Below, piece after piece: positions 35,299 to 43,053 of a stretch of DNA of 64,000 nt. Position 1 is the stretch's first letter. Each line of letters begins with the position of its first letter. The translations under genes were made by a program, and so were the position numbers. Origin of the DNA: Candidatus Xenobia bacterium (lineage in GTDB: Bacteria > Vulcanimicrobiota > Xenobia > Xenobiales > QWHO01); NCBI GenBank assembly GCA_045863235.1, contig BTUM01000034.1:1-64000 (forward strand), read 5' to 3'. The notes under the pieces are model-generated. The model did not search any database. It saw only the letters and a program-made list of their open reading frames with translations, and was not told the DNA's origin.

Positions 35299-36744
35299 AT
35301 GCTCAAACGCCTCCTGCTTCTGCTTCTGCTCTTGCTTCCCACCCAGGCTCAAGAGCCCCGGGTCTTCGTCACAGCCCGCGACACCGGCCAGCGCCTGACC
35401 GAGATCGATCCTCCCGACTGGCAGGTCATGCTCCAGCCCGAAGAGCGGCAGAATGTGGTCTTCGTCGATCCTACCCGCAAGTTCCAGTTCATCGAGGGGA
35501 TCGGCGGGGCCCTCACCGACGCCTCGGCCGAGACCTTCGCCAAACTGCCCGCCGACAAGCAAAGCGAGCTCATCAGCGCCTACTTCGATCCCGAGAAGGG
35601 GATCGGCTACACGCTGGCGCGCACCCACATCAACAGCTGCGACTTCTCCAGCTCGAGCTACGCTTACGTCCAGGAGGGCGATGGCGAGCTCAAGACCTTC
35701 TCCATCGACCCCGACAGAAAGTTTCGCATCCCCTTCATTCTCAGGGCTCTCAAAGCCAATCCCCAACTGAAGATCTTTGCCTCGCCCTGGAGCCCGCCGG
35801 CCTTCATGAAGACCAACAACCACATGCTGCGGGGGGGCAAGCTGAAGCCCGAGTTCGCAGCCTCCTGGGCCAACTACTACGTGCGTTTCATCCAGGAGTA
35901 TCGCAAGGCCGGCATCCCCATCTGGGGCCTGACGGTGCAAAACGAGCCCATGGCCGTGCAGACCTGGGAGTCGTGCATCTACACCGCCATCGAAGAGCTT
36001 GAGTTCGTGCGCGACCACCTGGGCCCGACCCTTGAGAAGGCGGGCCTGACCGACCTCAAGCTCATGATCTGGGACCACAACCGGGCCATGGCCTACATGC
36101 GCGGAGCCACCGTGTTCCAGGACCCGGAAGCCCGCCGCTACGTCTGGGGGCTGGCCTACCACTGGTACGACGGGGACCAGTTCGAGAACTTGAGCACGCT
36201 GCGCGACGCCTACCCGAGCAAAGCCCTGCTCTTCAGCGAGGGGTGCGCCTACCCGTTCAGCTGGGAGACCATCCACGATTGGAAGTGGGGTGAGACCTAC
36301 GGCCACTCCATGATCAACGACTTCAACCACTGGTGCCGGGGCTGGACGGACTGGAACGTGCTCCTGGACGAGGTGGGCGGACCCAACCATGTCGCCAACT
36401 ACTGCTTTGCTCCCGTCCACGCCGACACGCGCAAGGGCACGCTGACCTACATGAACAGCTATTACTACATCGGACACTTCTCGAAGTTCGTGCGCCCCGA
36501 GGCCCGGCGCATCGCCTGCACCTCGATGCGCCTGGAGATTCAGGCCACCGCCTTCGTGAACGCCGACAACTCGGTGGTGACGGTGCTGATGAACCGCACC
36601 GACAAGCCGGTGGAGCTGTTTTTGTGGACCGAGTTCTGGTCGCAGATCCCCGCCTTCGTGCTCGGTCCCAAGGGGCTCCCCAAGGGCGGGAGGGCGCTGC
36701 CTCTCAGCCTGCCGGCCCACTCGATCATGACCGTCACCTGGTAG
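35299..36744 (+). CDS. Glycoside hydrolase family 30 (glucosylceramidase-like), exported
   Basis: Signal peptide; motifs SCDFS, ASPWSPP, QNEP (acid/base), HWY, SEG (nucleophile) and WTDWN..LD..GGPNH. Confidence 0.92.
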   Translation: MLKRLLLLLLLLLPTQAQEPRVFVTARDTGQRLTEIDPPDWQVMLQPEERQNVVFVDPTRKFQFIEGIGGALTDASAETFAKLPADKQSELISAYFDPEKGIGYTLARTHINSCDFSSSSYAYVQEGDGELKTFSIDPDRKFRIPFILRALKANPQLKIFASPWSPPAFMKTNNHMLRGGKLKPEFAASWANYYVRFIQEYRKAGIPIWGLTVQNEPMAVQTWESCIYTAIEELEFVRDHLGPTLEKAGLTDLKLMIWDHNRAMAYMRGATVFQDPEARRYVWGLAYHWYDGDQFENLSTLRDAYPSKALLFSEGCAYPFSWETIHDWKWGETYGHSMINDFNHWCRGWTDWNVLLDEVGGPNHVANYCFAPVHADTRKGTLTYMNSYYYIGHFSKFVRPEARRIACTSMRLEIQATAFVNADNSVVTVLMNRTDKPVELFLWTEFWSQIPAFVLGPKGLPKGGRALPLSLPAHSIMTVTW

Positions 36745-36746
36745 GC

Positions 36747-37781
36747 TCAGGGCAAACGGAACTCGAGCCAGCGCTGAGACTGGGTTCGCCGCAAAGCGTC
36801 GATAGCGGTGCCCTGCTCGGCGTTGAAAGCCTGCTTGAGCGAAGCGGTCAGCCCGATCTGTTGGGCCGCGATCATGATGTGCTCGTCCAGATCGAGCTGA
36901 TCGAGCACCCTGAGGCGCCGCAGGGCATTGAGCAGTGAGGGCGGCCAGGACTGTTCGCCGGTGAACCTCTGGCTCACCGCCGCGGCCAGCCTGCCCTTGG
37001 CCAGCTTGAGGTGATTGTAGTCGCTGTTCTGACTGCCCGAGAAGCCGGGCGGCATGGCCGGCCGCACCCGCTCGAGATAGATGCGCGACGGAAAGTCGGT
37101 GGTATAAGCCATCGCTGCGCTGGTCGCCTGGATCATGTCAGTCGCCTGATCCACCGCCAACCCGGCCTGCTCCAGGTCGCAAAGAGCGCGTTCCAGCGCC
37201 AGCCGGGCAAAGAGCGAGGTCAGGCAGAAAAAATGGTGACCGTTGCGCCAGCGGAAGTCGACCACGTCCCCCTCCAGTGGAGCCGGGTCCAGCGGTTGGC
37301 AGGGCTGGTCCCCACCAACTTCAGCCAGCATCCGCTCCAGGGCTAGAAGCAGCGAGTGCCAGTGCCGTCGAGCCAGCAGCGTGCGCGGCAGGTCCTGGAG
37401 CAAACGAAGACCGGTGAGGACGAGCTGGGCGCTCAACTCGGTCCAGGTCATCTCCGGCCGGCGTCGCAGCCCGAATTGGGCGTCGTAAACGACATAGTGC
37501 TCCAGAAGCTCTTGTCCTTCATGCTCGCGAGTCGCGAGGGTGGCCAGTCGGCTGGACTCCTGGGTAACCGCAAGCCCGTCGAGCAGTCGACCGGCGGCCG
37601 GAGCATAGCCCGCCAGGGCGCGGGTGAGCGGCTGAAGGGAGCTGGCCAGGGCGGGCAGATCCAGTGCCTCCTGATCGAGCTCCTCCAGCACCTCGCGCAC
37701 GAGACGCAAGGGCTCGGGGCCAAGCAGAGAGGGTCCGGGAGCGAGCTTCACGGCGTGGGGAGGAAGAACAGCAAAGAGCAT
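36747..37781 (-). CDS. Putative heme-dependent aromatic oxygenase (TyrH/LmbB2/SfmD-like)
   Basis: FRWRNGHH, AMAYTTDFP..IY..RVRPAM, PGFSG...DY and a distal H(IMIA)...SL. The motif order matches my recollection of tyrosine hydroxylases of this superfamily. Confidence 0.55.
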   Translation of the reverse strand: MLFAVLPPHAVKLAPGPSLLGPEPLRLVREVLEELDQEALDLPALASSLQPLTRALAGYAPAAGRLLDGLAVTQESSRLATLATREHEGQELLEHYVVYDAQFGLRRRPEMTWTELSAQLVLTGLRLLQDLPRTLLARRHWHSLLLALERMLAEVGGDQPCQPLDPAPLEGDVVDFRWRNGHHFFCLTSLFARLALERALCDLEQAGLAVDQATDMIQATSAAMAYTTDFPSRIYLERVRPAMPPGFSGSQNSDYNHLKLAKGRLAAAVSQRFTGEQSWPPSLLNALRRLRVLDQLDLDEHIMIAAQQIGLTASLKQAFNAEQGTAIDALRRTQSQRWLEFRLP

Positions 37782-37830
37782 TCTTCAGCCGTTTCCTGAG
37801 GAACCTGAGATCCCTTTCGAAGGAGAGGCC

Positions 37831-37859
37831 TTGACAACAACTAGACCAGTCTATATAAT
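37831..37859 (+). promoter_or_regulatory. Consensus sigma70 promoter of the TetR gene with an operator in the spacer
   Basis: TTGACA 37831, 17 bp spacer, TATAAT 37854. The near-palindrome TAGACCAGTCTA lies at 37842-37853. Confidence 0.9.
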
Positions 37860-37865
37860 CCAACT

Positions 37866-38447
37866 ATGAAGCGAGCCAAAACCAGGGGAGACAGCCGGGC
37901 CCGGTTGGTTGAAACGACCGCCCAGTTGCTCCGGGTGCAGGGCTACCACGCCACCGGTCTCAACCAGATCGTGGAAGAGAGCGAGGCTCCCAAAGGCTCA
38001 CTCTACCACTACTTCCCGCAAGGGAAGGAAGAGCTGGCGGCTGAGGCGCTGGGGCTCGCTTCCCAGGCCACCCTGGCCCGACTGCGCGACCTGTTCTCCA
38101 ATCACCGGCTGAAAGACGCCCTGGCGCTGCTCGTCGAGCAGGCCATCGCCGACCTCGAGGCCAGCGACTACCAGCACGGCTGCCCGATTGCCACCGTGGC
38201 GCTCGAGACCGTATCCTGCGACTGCCTGCAAACTCAGTGCGCCAACTTCTTTCGCCAGGCCATCAGCCTGCTGGAGGAAGCCATGAAGCGCGAAGGGGTC
38301 CCTCCCGACAAGGTGCCGGGTCTGGCCCAGATGTCTTTCGCCGCCTACGAAGGGGCCGTGCTGCTGAGCCGGGTGCTCAAGTCCCCGGCGCCGTTGCGCC
38401 AGGTGGCCGCCCAGATCAAGCTCCATATGAAGCTGGCACTCAGCTAA
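37866..38447 (+). CDS. TetR/AcrR regulator, LmrA/YxaF(QdoR)-like
   Basis: HTH QGYHATGLNQIVEESEAPKGSLYHYFP.GKEEL, plus GCPIATVALE and EGAVLL. Confidence 0.93.
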   Translation: MKRAKTRGDSRARLVETTAQLLRVQGYHATGLNQIVEESEAPKGSLYHYFPQGKEELAAEALGLASQATLARLRDLFSNHRLKDALALLVEQAIADLEASDYQHGCPIATVALETVSCDCLQTQCANFFRQAISLLEEAMKREGVPPDKVPGLAQMSFAAYEGAVLLSRVLKSPAPLRQVAAQIKLHMKLALS

Positions 38448-38468
38448 AGTCTTTGTGGCCGGCCTATG

Positions 38469-38480
38469 TAGACCGGTCTA
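38469..38480. promoter_or_regulatory. TetR operator copy 2
   Basis: Perfect palindrome TAGACCGGTCTA just upstream of the RBS of the 38505 gene. Confidence 0.8.
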
Positions 38481-38504
38481 ATTAAGGAAAGGAACCTGAA
38501 CACC

Positions 38505-38813
38505 ATGAAGAACTGGATGAACGACACGAGGAAAGCCCTGGCCATCGCCCTGCTGACCATCGGATTGAGCCTGCCCGGCCTGGCCCAGGAGCCCGCCCGC
38601 GACGCAGCCGCCGACCAGCCGGCCCCCGCGGTAACCGAGACCAACGAAGCCGACACCAAGCTGGTGGCCGAGCCGACCGTCAAGCAGCCCCGCCCCGTCG
38701 AGCTGAACCTGGAGCGCGTTCAGGACTGGCCCGACTACCGCGCCCGCCCCGACATTCCGGCCCTGCCCAATCTCCAGGAGGATCGCGACGACATGAGAGT
38801 GCGCGAGTTCTGA
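38505..38813 (+). CDS. Small exported hypothetical protein
   Basis: RBS and a Sec-type signal peptide (KALAIALLTIGLSLPGLA-Q). The mature part is acidic and Pro-rich. Confidence 0.8.
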   Translation: MKNWMNDTRKALAIALLTIGLSLPGLAQEPARDAAADQPAPAVTETNEADTKLVAEPTVKQPRPVELNLERVQDWPDYRARPDIPALPNLQEDRDDMRVREF

Positions 38814-38829
38814 TTGCGCCCGCTCTATA

Positions 38830-38841
38830 TAGACCGGTCTA
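38830..38841. promoter_or_regulatory. TetR operator copy 3
   Basis: TATATAGACCGGTCTA downstream of the 38813 stop. Confidence 0.75.
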
Positions 38842-38845
38842 AATT

Positions 38846-38873
38846 TGAGCCTCCGACGAGGAGGCTCATTTTT
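38846..38873 (+). terminator. Intrinsic terminator
   Basis: TGAGCCTC-cgacgag-GAGGCTCA-TTTTT. Confidence 0.8.
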
Positions 38874-38909
38874 GCGTTGATCCTCGTGGCATGGTGAAGG
38901 CGACGAAGT

Positions 38910-40061
38910 TCAAGCCGAGACCGCCCCTGGAATCTGCTCCACGTAGGCCTGTGAAAAAGCTGACAGCAGCCGGTCCACGCCATCGCTGGTGGTGTGGGTG
39001 AGATAAAGCTCCGACTCGTCCAGAGCGTAGTCCACGTCCGGCCGTTCGATCTCCGATCCGCCGCGCTTGAGGGCGGCCATGGCGGCGTACAGTCCGAACA
39101 GACGGGGCATGAGGTGGAGGGCCACCAGGTTGTCCAGAATCGGACGCTTCTGAACCAGGAATTTGCGGAACAAGAGCGCCTGGTAGTACTGGGCCAGCAC
39201 CGTCCCGGCCCAGTCGGGCAGGCGGGCCGCCAGTTGCTCCAGGGTGGCCAGGTTGGCTGTGACGCCGGTGTGGGGCAGCTCCACCTCCTCCCCCATCATG
39301 AAACGCTCGGTAGCCGACTGGCGGGCCTTCTGGTCTTGCAACTCAAGGGTGCAGAGGGTGGTGGCCACGTAGAACTGCTCCTGAATCGAGAGCACTTCGT
39401 CTCTGGCCAGGAGCTCTGGCCGGGCCTGCCGGTATGCGTCCTGAAGAAGCTCCAGGGGAACGGCCACCGGGGGAAGCCCGGCGGCAAGCTCGGAGAGCGT
39501 CCACATGGCCCGGGCGGCGCTCCCCTCCTCGGCCATCAACTCCTCCATGCGACGATAGACGGGCCACTCAAGAGTGGCCTGGGTTATCGCGGTGATCCTC
39601 ATCGGGGCAAAGCCCGCCCCGGGGGGATGAAACAACTTCAGCAGATCCTGGATGTCGGGGCCGTGGACCGCCATCGGGCGGCCGTGATTCTGCTTGGCCG
39701 CCGTGCAGTAATAGGAGATGCCCACGTAAAGGCCGTCGGGAGTACGCACAGGCTGGAAAGGGAACTCGCGGCAGCCGATGGGTTTGGAGTCGTAGCCCAG
39801 TTCGGCGTGCACCGCGCACAGGTTGTCCGGGCGCAGGAAGACGCAGGCTCCGTTGAGCCGTTTGAGCAACTTCGAGCCCCCATCGGGGTTCTCATCGAAC
39901 ACCCCATCCAGGCCGGTTTCCTGAATCACCCGCAGAGCCAGCGGGCTGTTGGCGATGGCCGCCTCGGTGTGAGGATCGGTGTGAATGCGCCAGGTATGGC
40001 GGCATCCTTTGGCGCATTGAACGCAGTCGTAGTTCTGGTCGGGAGGAAAGATCAGCTCCAT
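38910..40061 (-). CDS. YkgJ/FliB-like CxxCxxxC cysteine-cluster protein, paralog 1
   Basis: YDCVQCAKGC, ACVFL...LCAVH and KPIGCREFPF...YC, followed by a long helical C-terminal domain. Confidence 0.85.
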   Translation of the reverse strand: MELIFPPDQNYDCVQCAKGCRHTWRIHTDPHTEAAIANSPLALRVIQETGLDGVFDENPDGGSKLLKRLNGACVFLRPDNLCAVHAELGYDSKPIGCREFPFQPVRTPDGLYVGISYYCTAAKQNHGRPMAVHGPDIQDLLKLFHPPGAGFAPMRITAITQATLEWPVYRRMEELMAEEGSAARAMWTLSELAAGLPPVAVPLELLQDAYRQARPELLARDEVLSIQEQFYVATTLCTLELQDQKARQSATERFMMGEEVELPHTGVTANLATLEQLAARLPDWAGTVLAQYYQALLFRKFLVQKRPILDNLVALHLMPRLFGLYAAMAALKRGGSEIERPDVDYALDESELYLTHTTSDGVDRLLSAFSQAYVEQIPGAVSA

Positions 40062-40148
40062 CGGGAGACCTTCCGCGCCTCCAGTACGGCGACCTTCCAA
40101 AAGGGAGTCCGCCGGGGTTTTGGAGAAGCCGGCAGATCGCAACTCACC

Positions 40149-40643
40149 GTGATCGTCTGTCTCAGCTGCGGAAATGCCAACGAAGCCAACACTGGGTTCT
40201 GCCTCCAGTGCAATGCCCGGCTGCCCAAAATCGACCCCACCTCCATCCCCAGCAACACCGGCCACGTGACCGAACGCTACAACAGCATCAAGGAGGCCGC
40301 CGAGAAGGCCAGAGACGGCCGCTGGACGCCAGAGGAGCTAGGACACTATCTGGAGACTGTCTTTGAGCTGCTCGAGAGCCACAAGCTGGGCATCCTGGGT
40401 TACGTCAAGGAGACCGCATACGACAACGAGGGCGGTCAGGAGGTAGAGGTCGGGGTCAGCGGCATGACCAAGTACGAGGAAGGGCTTCAGCTGATGTTCG
40501 GCTTCGTGGAGACGGGGGACGAGAAGTACCTCGAGTCGGGTCTGCGGCTGATCTGGGAGGGCAACGAGCTGATCAACGAGGCCATGCGCGAGAACCGGGC
40601 CGCCCGCCAAAGGCTCCAGGACGAATGGGGCTACATGTACTGA
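40149..40643 (+). CDS. Zinc-ribbon-containing hypothetical protein
   Basis: GTG start; CLSCG...FCLQC followed by an acidic helical domain. Confidence 0.8.
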   Translation: MIVCLSCGNANEANTGFCLQCNARLPKIDPTSIPSNTGHVTERYNSIKEAAEKARDGRWTPEELGHYLETVFELLESHKLGILGYVKETAYDNEGGQEVEVGVSGMTKYEEGLQLMFGFVETGDEKYLESGLRLIWEGNELINEAMRENRAARQRLQDEWGYMY

Positions 40644-40789
40644 AGGCGCGTGTGAACGAACACAGCTTCTGGATGAAATGACTCCGCAACAATGTTAACA
40701 ACTCTGTAACATCATCGCGCTGGAATTCACTCTGGTGTATCCGGGGTATCCTAAACTGAGTCCAACACCGACGACAGGAGACCCCCCCG

Positions 40790-41179
40790 ATGCGCCGCAA
40801 ACCCGCCCGCGAAGTTCTCAAAGGAACCGGAACCGTGTCCGAGGCGTTGCGGAGCAGTCTCAAGGCAGCGGGTTTCCTGGAGGCCATCGACAGCATCAAC
40901 ACCCCCCGGTTCTGGCGTTACGTCGAGCAGCCGGCGTCGTTGATGCGGCATGGTTGGCGACTGTCGGTGGACAAGAGCGAGAGCTCCACCCTGGTCTATC
41001 GCATCGGCGAGGCGCCCCGGGTTGGCACGCGCATGTTCGTCTCCCCCGGTCAAACCCTGATCCTGGACCGCAAGAATCGCGTGGCCGTGCTGCTCAGCTT
41101 CGCCAACGGCGAGGCCCAGGAGATCAGGATCGACCTCAAGAGCAAGAAGGTTGTGCAGGACCGCTGGTTGGCGGGATAG
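40790..41179 (+). CDS. Hypothetical protein
   Basis: AGGAG RBS and host codon bias. Confidence 0.7.
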   Translation: MRRKPAREVLKGTGTVSEALRSSLKAAGFLEAIDSINTPRFWRYVEQPASLMRHGWRLSVDKSESSTLVYRIGEAPRVGTRMFVSPGQTLILDRKNRVAVLLSFANGEAQEIRIDLKSKKVVQDRWLAG

Positions 41180-41292
41180 CGGTCGGGCCCGTCCCTACCC
41201 ACAGGTGGGGGCGAATCTGCAAGACGACGAGCGCGCGGACCAGGCGCGCTCCTTTTTGTACTTTGTTCAGGCTGAAGGGTTAGGCTTCAGTC

Positions 41293-41850
41293 ATGGAGAT
41301 CCGCAACTTTCCACGCCAGGATCTGCTCGAATTCACCCGGGCCCTGCGCGATTCCGATCCGACCCTGGCCGAGCGCAGCCAGGAAGACGAGGTGCTCTTT
41401 GCCCGCACCCCCGGGGCTACCCTGGGCGAGATGCAGGAGAATGCCGCCCTGCAGGCCCACCGCCTGGAAACTCGTTCGCGCAAACTGGCCTGGGCCAGCT
41501 CGGGGTTGTTGCTGGCGGCCGGCGTCAGCGTCTTCTCGTTGATCAGCTCCAGCCCGGGTCCGGCTCTGGGTCTGGGGCTGGCCCTCGGGCTGGGCTCAGG
41601 AGCCTGCGTTCTGGCCGGCCGCCGGGCCAGCCGGGAAGCCAACGACATGGTGCGAAGCCGGGCCCGACTGGGCACCTACGGCTCGGTTCTGGCCACCCTG
41701 ACCGAGCGCCGCGAGTCAGCCGAGCGCGAGGTGGGAAACCTGGCTCGGGGCCTGACACCCGAGCAATCGCTGACCATCCGCCAGGACAAGGACGCCCTCA
41801 TCGTCGGGGGCGTGAGGGTGAAGCGTCACTCGGGCAAGAGCGAGAGCTGA
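41293..41850 (+). CDS. Hypothetical protein with two TM helices
   Basis: Two hydrophobic segments flanked by coiled-coil-like regions. A TAGGCT -10 lies 6 nt before the ATG. Confidence 0.7.
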   Translation: MEIRNFPRQDLLEFTRALRDSDPTLAERSQEDEVLFARTPGATLGEMQENAALQAHRLETRSRKLAWASSGLLLAAGVSVFSLISSSPGPALGLGLALGLGSGACVLAGRRASREANDMVRSRARLGTYGSVLATLTERRESAEREVGNLARGLTPEQSLTIRQDKDALIVGGVRVKRHSGKSES

Positions 41851-42995
41851 TCGAGGTAGGCTGAGGCAAAGCCTGCAAAGAGCGGATTCACCCCCGACAC
41901 GTGAGTTAGCATGTGCAGCTCGGCATGATCGTAGGCCATGTGCAGGTGCTCGTCGTGGCTGGCCTGCGGGCGCTTGAGTCCATCCACGAAGTGGTAGAAG
42001 CGCAGCACGCTGGGAATCAAGGACAGAGCGGCCAGATTGTCGATCAAGGGCCGGTCCATGGTGAGGAACTTGCGAAAGAGCAGGGCCCGTAGATAGCGCA
42101 GGATGCCCTGTTCGAGCTCGGAAGCCGAGCCTGACTCGGGGCCGTGCAAAAAGACGTAGAGCCCGGGCAGGGTGCCCCGCCAGCCGCTGCGCGTCAGGTC
42201 CACCTCGCGGCCTTCCAGCAGCGCCTCGGTGATGGGGCGGGCCATCTCGGGATGAGGGGCCTCGATGGTCCCCACCATCGCGGCCAGGAAGAACTCGCGC
42301 AAGGTGCCCAGCACCTCGTCCTCCTCCAACCGGTGGGTGGGGGGACGATCGAGCAGCACGCCCAGGACATCCTCCCCCAGCACCCGGTCAGATCGGCCCT
42401 GATGCACCAGCATGGCCCTGCCGAGGGTGCCGATGGCGCGCGCCAGGGCCGCATCGGGCGGGCTTTCGGCCAGCCAGCGCGTCAGTCTGTGCTCGATCAA
42501 CCGGTAGGCCGGCCAATCGACCGCCAGGCCCAGACCGGCCGCGATCGGCTCGAAACCCACCGAGCGATAGCCATACTCGCGGATCAGCTCCTCGAGCTCG
42601 CCGGCATACTCGCTCAGAGGACGACCGCTGTTTCTCTGCACCGAGGGACAGTAGAAGGAGACCCCGATCACCACCCCGTCGGGGGTGGGGCGGATCAAGA
42701 ACGGGTACTGGCGACAACCAATCGGCTTGGATTTGCGGTCGATCTCGGAGTGGATGCGGCACAGCTCGTGCTCATCGAGAAAGATGCAAGAACCTTCCCG
42801 GCGCACGGTGCGGCAGGTGCCGTCCTCCATGTCCTCGAGCGGGGAGACTCCGGTCTCTTGCAGGATGCGAAGCTCGAGAGCGCTGCCGCGGATCTTGTCG
42901 CGCGAGGCCTCATCCACGTGGATCTGCCAGTTGCGACAGCAGCGCGAGCAATCGCGGCACTCGAAGCTCTGCTCGGGCAGGAAGTGGAGTTGCAT
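41826..42995 (-). CDS. YkgJ/FliB-like cysteine-cluster protein, paralog 2
   Basis: FECRDCSRCC, SCIFL...LCRIH and KPIGCRQYPF...FYC. It shares ALLFRKFL, DNLxAL and ELxxxTH with paralog 1. Confidence 0.85.
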   Translation of the reverse strand: MQLHFLPEQSFECRDCSRCCRNWQIHVDEASRDKIRGSALELRILQETGVSPLEDMEDGTCRTVRREGSCIFLDEHELCRIHSEIDRKSKPIGCRQYPFLIRPTPDGVVIGVSFYCPSVQRNSGRPLSEYAGELEELIREYGYRSVGFEPIAAGLGLAVDWPAYRLIEHRLTRWLAESPPDAALARAIGTLGRAMLVHQGRSDRVLGEDVLGVLLDRPPTHRLEEDEVLGTLREFFLAAMVGTIEAPHPEMARPITEALLEGREVDLTRSGWRGTLPGLYVFLHGPESGSASELEQGILRYLRALLFRKFLTMDRPLIDNLAALSLIPSVLRFYHFVDGLKRPQASHDEHLHMAYDHAELHMLTHVSGVNPLFAGFASAYLDQLSLLPE

Positions 42996-43053
42996 CGGCC
43001 CCCCTTCGACTCGGGCCAGGAGTTTCCCGGTCTGTGAGGCGAAGGCCGCCCGG

